46,323 nucleotides of DNA. Origin: Chthonomonadales bacterium. Lineage in GTDB: Bacteria > Armatimonadota > Chthonomonadetes > Chthonomonadales > Chthonomonadaceae. The notes below the pieces were generated by a model, which did not search any database, was not told where the DNA came from, and saw nothing but the letters and a program-made list of their open reading frames with translations. Location: the NCBI GenBank assembly GCA_038217285.1, contig JBBQPO010000015.1:1-46323 (forward strand), given 5' to 3'. Numbering within the stretch: position 1 is the stretch's first letter; every line of letters starts with the position of its first letter. The position numbers and the translations under genes were made by a program. Shown one piece after another: positions 1 to 8,197 of the stretch.

Positions 1-213
1 TGTTGGCACGCCAAGCCCGAGCCGATTTATGGAGCTTGGCGCAAAATGCTTGCTTACCTGACGCTCAGCCAACAAAAGCAGGTTTCTCGATCTCAATGTG
101 GGGTTTCTGCGGGTTCAGCAGAAGCCCCTACAACCCCGAGACACGTGGTAGGGCAGAGTGCTGCCGCATGAAATCAGAAGGCGCGAAGCGCCGAGACCGC
201 TAAACTACAGAAC
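1..213 (+). mobile_element. possible 3' end of an insertion sequence interrupting the phosphoesterase
   Basis: Frame-1 ORF tail (..GAWRKMLAYLTL..) ends at TGA 169-171. There is a long imperfect hairpin at ~85-141 and an abrupt junction into the phosphoesterase at ~213. IS family not determined. Confidence 0.3.
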
Positions 214-215
214 AC

Positions 216-674
216 GTGTTCAGCGGGCACGACCATGTCTTCTTCAAGTCCGTGCATGATGGCATCACCTACTGGCTCTCCGGCGGCGCGGGCGCGCCTA
301 CCGACGCCTCTCCGACAGAGGGCGGCTATCAGCACTTCGTCTACTTCACCGTCAACGGCCCGGAGGTTTCCGCGGTCGTGCTCCAGCCCTGGCGGCTGTT
401 CACGCAGGTCGGCCCGGTCGCGGCCAACGGCTCCTGTTCGGCCGTGATCAGCAACTACAACCATGACCCTCTGCCGGTCTGCGCAGAGCTGCCGACCGGA
501 TTGAAACCGGAGGAGGTCGTCGCCGAAGTGACCTGGACGTACAAAGGCAAAACTACCCCTCTGGCGTTCACACTGGTTCCGTCGCAGTCGCCAGGCGTCC
601 TCACTCTCCGCGCCATCGTCCCGAAAAATCGGGCCGCCACCTTTACCATCCGACCAAGGAATGTTGAAAAATGA
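216..674 (+). pseudogene. C-terminal part of a metallophosphoesterase (calcineurin-like), 5' portion missing or interrupted
   Basis: Begins HVFSGHDH...YWLSGGAGAP, the last metal-binding motif of calcineurin-like phosphoesterases. An in-frame TAA at 201-203 precedes it and upstream sequence is unrelated. Confidence 0.65.
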
Positions 675-3406
675 GATCGTGCTCGTCTACCATCATCCAT
701 ACCTCGTCTCTCTGCTCGACCCTGCGCCGCTGTTTGCGGCGAAGATTCCTGTTCAGCCTGGTTCTGCTCCTGCTGGCCCTTTCCACCCTGGCGCAGGCGC
801 AGAATCGGCCTGCGGAGCGGCTGCGCAATCCAGGATTCGAGGGGGGTGGGGGCAGCGATGGGCGCGGGGCGGGCGTTCCCGGCTGGGACGCTTTCGAGCT
901 CGGCTACGATGTGGACCGCATGACGCACCGCAGCGGCGAACAGAGCATTCGCTGCGACAGTCTGCGCACGACGACCCTGCGGGGAGCGCAGTCGAGAGTG
1001 GCGCTGCATCAGAAGAAGGCGGTTCCTGTCGAGGTCACAGGCTGGAGCAAGGCGGAAAAGGTGGGAGGTGTACAAGACAGCGACTACTCGCTCTATGTAG
1101 ATCTCGCCTATACCGACGGCACGACTCTGTGGGGCCGTGTCGAGGGGTTCCATGCGGGGACGCACGACTGGGAGCGCCGCCATCTGCTGATCATCCCGAC
1201 CAAGCCTATCGAGAGCCTGACGGTAAACGCGCTCTTCCGCAAGCATGCCGGTACCGCCTGGTTCGACGATTTCTCGGTGCATGAGCTCGACGGCCCCGGC
1301 ATCTACGACAGCCAGTCGCTGCTGCCCCTGCCCAGGCGCGAGGCCCATGGCACGGAAGGCGCGGGGCGCAGCGTCTCCTCGACCGACGGGCTGACGCTGC
1401 GCCTGAACGGGCGGAGCGACATCGTGAGCGTCAAAAGCGGCGGGCAGGAGATCGCCTCCACCGGGCAGGGCGGATTCTACCTACGCGATGTGGGGGCGGA
1501 GGGGCCGGTTCTAGCTCTGCGCGGCGCCCAGACCGCCTACAAAAACAACGGTGTGAGTTTCCGCACCGAACTCCCCGATTCACATTTGCGCTTTTTTGCC
1601 CAGATCGTGCCGGAAGGCGACGCGCTTGCTATCGATGGCGAGATCACCGACCTGACCGGGAAGGACCGCGCCGTGACGGTCTACTTCGCTCTGCCCGTCG
1701 GCGCGGAGGGCTGGCTCTGGGGGGACGACATCCGGCGCTCCCGTCCGATCGTCGCCGGACAGGAGTTCAGCAACCTCACGCATAGCAACGTTGGGGCCAC
1801 GGGTGGGCTGTCGCTCTATCCCTTCGGCTCAGTCTCTCAGGGCAAGGCCGGCGTCGCGCTCGCGGCCCGCATGGACTGGCCCTCCGTCACGCGCATCTTT
1901 TACAACGGCCCGACGCGCCAGTTGGTGATGGCCTGGGACGTGGCGCTGACGCCGAAAACGACCGCCTGGCCGGCCCGCAACGCCCGCTTTCGCGGCCTGC
2001 TCTATCGCCTGCCCCCGGCCGAGGCCGCGTGGGGTTTCCGCGCCGCCGCGCAGAAGTTCTATCGCCTGAACGCGCCAAACTTCGACCGCCTTGCGAAAGC
2101 CGACGGCATCTGGATGCCGTTCACCGACCCGGCCACCATCAAGAACGCCGCCGACTTCGGCATCGCCTATCACGAGGGAGACAACAGCCTCGAAACCGAC
2201 GATGTGGCCCATATCCTCAGCTTCCGCTACACCGAGCCGATGACCTGGTGGATGCCCATGCCGCCTGCCATGCCCCGGACCTACGAGGCCGCGATGGCGC
2301 TTCTCAACAGCCTTGCCGTCGATCCTCACCCGAAGTCTAAGACCGATCAGGATCTGGCGCGCGCCGTCCTGAGCAGCGGCACACAGGACGAGAGCGGACA
2401 CTACAATCTGGAGTTCCGTAACGAGCCCTGGGCGAACGGCGCGGTCTTCGTCATGAACATCAACCCGGAACTCGCCGCCACACCCGACAAACCGACCCGC
2501 GCCTCCCTGGCCTACACGGTCGAGATGGCGAGTAAGATGTACGGCGCGGAGGCGAAGCGCACGCGCGGCGACCAGGACGGCGAGTATCTCGACTCGCTGG
2601 AGGGCTGGAGCGATGTGCAGGACTACCGGGCTTCCAATATCGCCGCCTGCCCCTATCCGCTGCCTTTCGACACCGACAGCCGTCACCCGGTTCTGCCGCA
2701 GTGGTATTCGACCTTCGCCTTCGCCCGCTATCTGCGCGACGACCTGCACAACCGGGGCAAGCTGCTGATGGCGAACTCCGTGCCGATCCGGTTCGCGGTC
2801 TTCGCACCGCTGTTCGACGTCATGGGCATCGAAGTCAACTGGCTCGGCGCGAAGGGCGAATGGCAGCCGGAGGGAGACGACGTCCTGAGCCTGCGCCGTA
2901 CGCTCAGCGCGACCAAACCCTACCTGCTCCTGATGAACACCAACTTCGACAAGTTCTCGGCCCCACTGGTCGAAAAGTACTTCCAGCGCAGCCTGTTCTA
3001 CGGGATCTTTCCCTCGATGTTCAGCGCCGACGCCGCCACGAATCCCTACTGGGAGACTCCGGCCCTCTATGAGCGCGACCGCCCGCTGTTTCGCAAATAT
3101 ATCCCGGTCATTCGCAGGCTCTCCGCCGCCGGTTGGGAGCCGTTGACGCAGGCGAAGAGCAGCAACCCTATCGTCTATGTGGAGCGCTACGGCAAGCGAC
3201 TCTTCACCCTCCTCAACGATACCCATCAGCCGGAAGCCGCCACTCTGACCATCGATCTGGCTGTGCTGGGCCTGCGTACCGGCTCTGCGCTGGAAGTCGT
3301 CAACCTGCTCACCGGAGCAAAACTGCCCGTCTCTTTCGCCAATGGCAAACTCACTACGACCGTCTCGCTGCAACCTGACGAGGCCCTGGCTCTGGAACTG
3401 CATTAG
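671..3406 (+). CDS. secreted protein with N-terminal carbohydrate-binding (CBM4/9-like) domain and putative glycoside-hydrolase-like catalytic region
   Basis: 911-aa ORF with a signal peptide (LLLLALSTLAQA). 'LRNPGFE...GTHDWERR...GTAWFDDFSV' is a CBM-like jelly roll; a DGEYLDS motif lies in the C-terminal region. Confidence 0.7.
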   Translation: MRSCSSTIIHTSSLCSTLRRCLRRRFLFSLVLLLLALSTLAQAQNRPAERLRNPGFEGGGGSDGRGAGVPGWDAFELGYDVDRMTHRSGEQSIRCDSLRTTTLRGAQSRVALHQKKAVPVEVTGWSKAEKVGGVQDSDYSLYVDLAYTDGTTLWGRVEGFHAGTHDWERRHLLIIPTKPIESLTVNALFRKHAGTAWFDDFSVHELDGPGIYDSQSLLPLPRREAHGTEGAGRSVSSTDGLTLRLNGRSDIVSVKSGGQEIASTGQGGFYLRDVGAEGPVLALRGAQTAYKNNGVSFRTELPDSHLRFFAQIVPEGDALAIDGEITDLTGKDRAVTVYFALPVGAEGWLWGDDIRRSRPIVAGQEFSNLTHSNVGATGGLSLYPFGSVSQGKAGVALAARMDWPSVTRIFYNGPTRQLVMAWDVALTPKTTAWPARNARFRGLLYRLPPAEAAWGFRAAAQKFYRLNAPNFDRLAKADGIWMPFTDPATIKNAADFGIAYHEGDNSLETDDVAHILSFRYTEPMTWWMPMPPAMPRTYEAAMALLNSLAVDPHPKSKTDQDLARAVLSSGTQDESGHYNLEFRNEPWANGAVFVMNINPELAATPDKPTRASLAYTVEMASKMYGAEAKRTRGDQDGEYLDSLEGWSDVQDYRASNIAACPYPLPFDTDSRHPVLPQWYSTFAFARYLRDDLHNRGKLLMANSVPIRFAVFAPLFDVMGIEVNWLGAKGEWQPEGDDVLSLRRTLSATKPYLLLMNTNFDKFSAPLVEKYFQRSLFYGIFPSMFSADAATNPYWETPALYERDRPLFRKYIPVIRRLSAAGWEPLTQAKSSNPIVYVERYGKRLFTLLNDTHQPEAATLTIDLAVLGLRTGSALEVVNLLTGAKLPVSFANGKLTTTVSLQPDEALALELH

Positions 3407-3573
3407 CCTCGCCAAATTCGATAAATTTCAAAAGAAGGAGTCTTGCTACCAGACGATGAAATGAACTAAATCATCGCTCGACAGGCGCGCCGTAAGGAGA
3501 CGGCTCCGTCGCCCTGGAGGTGCCTTCACCGCGTCCGCCCAGAAAAGGAGGTGCCTGGCCGACCGCCGATAAA

Positions 3574-3635
3574 TTTAACCTAATCTTAACCTTCGATTAA
3601 CACCCTCTTAGTTTTTCTTAACATGTTCTTAATCA
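3574..3635 (+). promoter_or_regulatory. six direct repeats YTTAAYYW at ~11-bp period (Pho-box / OmpR-PhoB family-like operator array)
   Basis: TTTAACCT(3574), CTTAACCT(3585), ATTAACAC(3596), CTTAGTTT(3607), CTTAACAT(3617), CTTAATCA(3628), followed by a -10-like CATACT at 3644-3649. Confidence 0.65.
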
Positions 3636-3717
3636 TCCGCGTGCATACTCTCTCCACGTAACGCACGCGTTCCCCGCCTCCATTCCGGGGAGCGCCTCAC
3701 AAAGGAAGGTAGAACTT

Positions 3718-4608
3718 ATGTCTCAGTCCACTCACTCGAAAAGCGGTAAGGGCGCCGGATTTACGCTTATCGAGCTACTTGTCGTTATCGCGATCATCGC
3801 GATTCTGGCGGCAATCCTGTTTCCCGTCTTCGCCCAAGCCCGCGAAAAGGCCCGCTCCATCTCCTGCCTGAGCAACGTCAAGCAGATCGGGACAGCCTTT
3901 TACATGTATGTGCAGGACTACGACGAAACCACACCCTGCCTGGGCAATGGCTGGGACTGGGAAGTCAAGCTCTATCCCTACACCAAGAATGTCCAACTCT
4001 ACTTCTGTCCCGACCGCAGTGACTGCTGCGATAACTACGATTACACAGCCCAGATCGGTCTTAACATCAGCCCGAGCGGCAAAGAGATCGGCTACGGCTA
4101 CAACTGGGGCTTCCACCGCCGTGGCGGCGGACTGCTTCTCGGCCAGCAGGCCGATCCTCAGCGACCTGGCAGTAAGTATATTCCCGGCATCACTCTCGCC
4201 GCGATGACCGCTCCGGCGAACCTCTTCGCCTTCGGCGACAGCTACGACACGCCCCGCACCACTATGAACATGAGCTTCCTGCTCTGCACCTGGAACGGCA
4301 CCAGTAACAGCTCCCTGCGCCACAGCGGCGGTCACTTCAATGTCGGCTTCGCCGATGGACACGCCAAGGCGGTCTACTACAAAGCGGGCTATATGAGCGG
4401 CGCAGAGAACGGTCGGTTCGCCCGACCGCGCAGCACCAACGAAGTCTCGTACTACTGCGCCGATCCGGACGCCATGCTCACCAACACCGACGGCGACAGC
4501 CTGGACCTGCCCTCTCCTTTCCGATGCGGCGACATCGGCAAGTGGATGGACACGAACTACCCGCCCTGCACCGGTGGTGCGACCTCCCACTGTATGATGC
4601 CGGACTAG
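3718..4608 (+). CDS. DUF1559 / prepilin-type N-terminal cleavage-methylation protein with H-X9-DG-like motif
   Basis: [34 protein letters not shown]-terminal [27 protein letters not shown]. Confidence 0.93.
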   Translation: MSQSTHSKSGKGAGFTLIELLVVIAIIAILAAILFPVFAQAREKARSISCLSNVKQIGTAFYMYVQDYDETTPCLGNGWDWEVKLYPYTKNVQLYFCPDRSDCCDNYDYTAQIGLNISPSGKEIGYGYNWGFHRRGGGLLLGQQADPQRPGSKYIPGITLAAMTAPANLFAFGDSYDTPRTTMNMSFLLCTWNGTSNSSLRHSGGHFNVGFADGHAKAVYYKAGYMSGAENGRFARPRSTNEVSYYCADPDAMLTNTDGDSLDLPSPFRCGDIGKWMDTNYPPCTGGATSHCMMPD

Positions 4609-4655
4609 TTCGTCCCGCTTCCCGTTGTTCGGGACCACGAACAGCGTTCTTTGAA

Positions 4656-4690
4656 GGCCTCCGATGCGCGGTTGGCGCGCATCGGAGGCC
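4656..4690 (+). terminator. perfect 15-bp stem-loop between DUF1559 gene and small lipoprotein (attenuator or mRNA stabiliser)
   Basis: GGCCTCCGATGCGCG-gttgg-CGCGCATCGGAGGCC followed only by a weak T tract (gtttc). Confidence 0.5.
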
Positions 4691-4713
4691 GTTTCTCATA
4701 GGAGATTGAAACC

Positions 4714-4872
4714 ATGAAAACTTTCCGAACCTCCCTGATGGCCCTTCTCTGCGGCGCTTTTCTGACACTGATTCTCGCCGGCTGTGGCGGTACGCCTGAT
4801 GTCAAACAGGATCCCGGCGCGGGCAGCAAGGGCCTCAGCGCTCAGGAGAAGAAAGACAAACAGGACAAGTAG
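4714..4872 (+). CDS. small lipoprotein (52 aa), not in ORF track
   Basis: RBS AGGAG; MKTFRTSLMALLCGAFLTLILAGCGGTPDVKQDPGAGSKGLSAQEKKDKQDK*; lipobox LAG-C. Confidence 0.8.
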   Translation: MKTFRTSLMALLCGAFLTLILAGCGGTPDVKQDPGAGSKGLSAQEKKDKQDK

Positions 4873-4912
4873 CAGCCACACCATCCGGCGACACGAAGGA
4901 TAGGGATCTCCG

Positions 4913-5149
4913 ATGAAAAATAAGACTGTTTCGCCGCGGTTCGTCCTGACCACAGTAGCCGTGCTGGTAACCTCGCTGGGCGTCGTCGAATGGCGTGCCC
5001 TTTATGCCCTGGACCATCCGCCCCTCCATCGCACCAACTGCGTCACCTGCCACTCCGATGCCAAAACCATGAAGGCCATGGCGGACAAAGCGGGCGACGA
5101 TCTCTATAACCAGCATCGCGGCGATCTCAAAGAAGCCTGGACCAAGTAG
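4913..5149 (+). CDS. small exported or membrane-anchored protein with CxxCH heme-binding motif
   Basis: N-terminal hydrophobic segment, NCVTCH motif, AGGGA RBS-like sequence upstream. Confidence 0.65.
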   Translation: MKNKTVSPRFVLTTVAVLVTSLGVVEWRALYALDHPPLHRTNCVTCHSDAKTMKAMADKAGDDLYNQHRGDLKEAWTK

Positions 5150-5211
5150 CGGCGCCATATCCCGTTTTTGCACCACACGCTTCGCGGGTGGTGCAATTTC
5201 TCGTGTTCCAG

Positions 5212-5439
5212 TTAAGCGGTGATTGGCTGGGGGATGTGGAAGCGGGTGGTGAAGAGGCTCACGACCTGGAGCAGGGGCGCGTAGTCGCTCCCAGTCAGCA
5301 GGCTATCGGCGAGCGCGACCGTACAGACCGTGTCGTCGGTGAAGCGACTGCCCGGCACGAAGAGCGGAAACTGCATGCTCTTCAGCCCGCCGCGTTCGTA
5401 CACCGATCCAATGACATCCCCCGCAATCGCTCCCAGCAT
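5212..5439 (-). pseudogene. ADP-ribosylglycohydrolase (DraG/ARH family) N-terminal fragment
   Basis: MLGAIAGDVIGSVYE...FTDDTVCTVALADSLL matches the ARH N-terminus; the ORF stops after 75 aa. Confidence 0.8.
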
Positions 5440-5624
5440 CTCCCACTCCCTCTCTCGGCCTCCACCCGAAACGCGTGTTCGGTTCCCGCCGATCCCTTCA
5501 CCGTCCGCCGCAGGCGCCTGCCCCCCTGGTTCCCCCAATGCGAGGCTTATCCATATTGACGCGTCTGACGGCGACTCTGTCTCGCCCCGCCATAAGAAAA
5601 AAATAAAAATAGGCGAACCCTTCC

Positions 5625-5664
5625 GACTACAAACGTCGTCTAATAGTTGACGACAAACATAGTC
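5625..5664. promoter_or_regulatory. two BlaI/MecI-type operator-like imperfect palindromes
   Basis: GACTACA-aa-CGTCGTC (5625-5640) and GACGACA-aa-CATAGTC (5649-5664), resembling the TACA-N2-TGTA core, immediately upstream of the BlaI-family gene. Confidence 0.6.
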
Positions 5665-5679
5665 AGGAGCGTGACGCCC

Positions 5680-6069
5680 ATGCGGAGTTTCCCACCTATC
5701 AGTAAAGCGGAGCTGAAACTTCTCAGCTACATCAACGATCATCACCCGATCACCGTGCGGGAGGTTGCCGATCAATTCGCGCAGACCGATGCCTACGCCC
5801 GCACGACGGTGCTGACTCTCATGGAGCGACTGCGCGGCAAAGGGCATCTGGTGCGCGAGCAGATCGATGGCCTGCAGCGCTACGCGCCTGCGGTGCCGAA
5901 GGAGTTGATGCAGCAGTCGCTGGTACGTGATTTCGTCAGCCGCGCTCTAGGCGGATCGGTCTCCCCCTTCGTCGCGTTTCTGGCCCGCGAGGCTCGGGTC
6001 AGCGATGCGGAACTGGACGATCTGAAGCATCTGGTCGCGGAGCTGGAGAAACAGCGGAAGGAGGAGTAA
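5680..6069 (+). CDS. BlaI/MecI/CopY family transcriptional repressor
   Basis: ISKAELKLLSYI...ITVREVAD...YARTTVLTLMERLRGKGHLVRE winged-helix pattern; RBS AGGAG at 5665. Confidence 0.93.
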   Translation: MRSFPPISKAELKLLSYINDHHPITVREVADQFAQTDAYARTTVLTLMERLRGKGHLVREQIDGLQRYAPAVPKELMQQSLVRDFVSRALGGSVSPFVAFLAREARVSDAELDDLKHLVAELEKQRKEE

Positions 6070-6074
6070 GCGCG

Positions 6075-7943
6075 ATGTCTCTCTGGAATGAATCTCTGAA
6101 CGATTTTGCGGCTCTCTGGCTGGCAACGCTGGCGCGCGCCTGCTGGCAGGGGGGTCTGGCGCTCGGGCTGGTATGGGCTGCCTGCCGCCTGCTGCCGCGC
6201 CTCCCGGCCTGGGGACGCTGCTGGCTGTGGCGTCTGGCCTGCCTGAAACTCCTGGTCGCGCTCCTCTGGCTGCCGAGCCTCGATCTGCCCCTGCTTCCGC
6301 CGCCGACCACAGCGGCAACGCCGCTCTTCCTGACGCCGGCCATTCCGCAGCCGACCGTCGCCGGCTCGGAATCCGGGCTTGCCGGTGACCTTCCTTCGAA
6401 CGATCTGCGGGTCGTCACGACGACTGCCGTTGTCCCTACGGTGGCGGGGTGGCTGCTGCTGCTCTGGTCGGCCAATCTATTATGGCAGGGCGGGCAGGCG
6501 GTTCGGCAGGGTCTGACGGCTGGACGACTGCGCCGGACCGGCAAGCCTCTGGACGGCAGCCCGCTCGATTTTTGGAACGTCGCATTGAGCCGTGACCTGC
6601 GCCTCACCGGCGTTCCCTACCTGCTGTCGAGCACGGCGACCGCCACACCGCTGCTGATAGGCATATTTCGGCCGTGCATCGTCCTGCCGGAGGCCCTGCT
6701 CTCCACGTGTACTCCAGACGAGTTGCGCCTGATCCTCGCGCACGAACTGGCGCATATCCGACGGCGCGATCTGCTCTGGGGGTGGCTGCCTCTGTTGACG
6801 CGCCTGGTCTGCGGTTTCCATCCGCTCGTCTGGCTGGCCGAACGTGAGCTCGGCATGGCGCAGGAGATCGCCTGCGACGAGTCCGCCCTGCATCTTACCG
6901 GAGTCGCCTCGTCCGCTTATGGCCGTCTGCTGGTGCGTGTCGCGGCACGCTTCGACCCACGTCCCTCTCGGGGCTTCGGCATGATCGGCATGACCGAGTC
7001 CTACCTCACCCTGAAAAGGAGATTGTCTGCCATGAAGAGTTTTCCCTCTGCTCCGCGTCCGTATCGCACAGCCATTCGCTTCGGCATGCTCACCCTCGGT
7101 CTGGCCGCGCTCGTCCCCTGGCGTGTCGCCGCCCAGGCCACTGCGCCGGTCGGATTGCCCCCGACTGCACCCGCCAATCCGGCGGCCCCAGAAGCGCCCC
7201 CAGTGCCTGCTCTTCCCGCTCCCGCAACGCCTACGGTCGGATTGACCCCGGCTGCTCCTGCCGATCCGGCTGCACCCATCAATTCGGCAGCCATCGATCC
7301 TACTGCCGTCCGTCCTGCCGCAACCCCTGTTGGAGTGAGGCCCGCTCGTCAAGCGCCCCGCGCCCGCAGGAGCCCGGCTCCGTCCGGAATGGGTTATGCG
7401 CCTGCAATGCCTGGTCCTCGGGCATCTCGAGGCGGTAAGGCAGCGACCGGGTCCTCCGAGGGCATTTCAGCGCCCGTGCAGACCGATCCACCCGAAACTC
7501 TCAGCTACCCAATGGCCGCGCCTGGAATGCTCTCCCATGCAGCGCCCAGCGTCGATCCGACCGGGCGCGCGAATCGTGGTGCTGTTGGTCCCAGCGGTCG
7601 CTCTGGCGAGGCAGGTAGCTTTAGTCCCGGTGGCGGTTTCGGTAGTAGTGGTAGAGGTGGCGGCTACGGCTTTGGTCCCAGTGGGGGTGGTGGCTTTGGT
7701 GGCGGTGGTCGTGGTCCTGGTGGCGGCGGCATTGGTCCTGCTGGTGGCGGCGGTCGCGGCTTCGGCGGCGGCACCGGCGGCGGTGGCCTTGGCACTCCTG
7801 TCGGTGGTGGCGGTGGCGGCTTGGGTCCCGCTGGCGGTGGTGCCGGCTTTGGTGGCGGTGGCAGTTCTAGTAGCGAGGGGGCTACCCGCGCGACTCCTGG
7901 GGTTAGCGGAGTACCGAACCCGCCTCTCGCTAGGCCCAAGTGA
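6075..7943 (+). CDS. BlaR1/M56 family metallopeptidase with Pro/Ala- and Gly-rich low-complexity C-terminus
   Basis: TM segments, ILAHELAHIRRRD zinc motif, QEIACD; follows the BlaI-family gene. Confidence 0.9.
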   Translation: MSLWNESLNDFAALWLATLARACWQGGLALGLVWAACRLLPRLPAWGRCWLWRLACLKLLVALLWLPSLDLPLLPPPTTAATPLFLTPAIPQPTVAGSESGLAGDLPSNDLRVVTTTAVVPTVAGWLLLLWSANLLWQGGQAVRQGLTAGRLRRTGKPLDGSPLDFWNVALSRDLRLTGVPYLLSSTATATPLLIGIFRPCIVLPEALLSTCTPDELRLILAHELAHIRRRDLLWGWLPLLTRLVCGFHPLVWLAERELGMAQEIACDESALHLTGVASSAYGRLLVRVAARFDPRPSRGFGMIGMTESYLTLKRRLSAMKSFPSAPRPYRTAIRFGMLTLGLAALVPWRVAAQATAPVGLPPTAPANPAAPEAPPVPALPAPATPTVGLTPAAPADPAAPINSAAIDPTAVRPAATPVGVRPARQAPRARRSPAPSGMGYAPAMPGPRASRGGKAATGSSEGISAPVQTDPPETLSYPMAAPGMLSHAAPSVDPTGRANRGAVGPSGRSGEAGSFSPGGGFGSSGRGGGYGFGPSGGGGFGGGGRGPGGGGIGPAGGGGRGFGGGTGGGGLGTPVGGGGGGLGPAGGGAGFGGGGSSSSEGATRATPGVSGVPNPPLARPK

Positions 7944-8197
7944 GCGTCTCAAAATGCCGTCGTAGCCGCCGGTTGGCTCATGCCGACGGGCGGCTTCACT
8001 ATGGGCTAACGCGTCTAGTACAGGGACCTGCCTGCCTTTTGCGGGAGGCGGACGCCAGACCATTGCTGATGTCGGGGGCACGAGGGCAGGAAATAAAGGG
8101 AAAGCGGGCGAATAGACAGCCGGATGTGCAGCGCACGGCAATGGATTTCTGGGCAATGTTGGATCTGAAGCCCAACGGAACTAGAGGCTGATACTGG

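Noticed and set aside
1829-3415. Long antisense or alternate-frame ORFs (e.g. 1829-3415, 10397-12100, 17362-18723, 19910-21208, 27449-28705, 43596-45581)
   Set aside because: They shadow well-supported genes on the opposite strand, have no motifs, and are expected in high-GC DNA.
7620-7870. GGTGGCGGC-rich repeats as a non-coding repeat element or Pro-rich antisense gene (7664-7939)
   Set aside because: Explained by the Gly-rich coding tail of the M56 protein.
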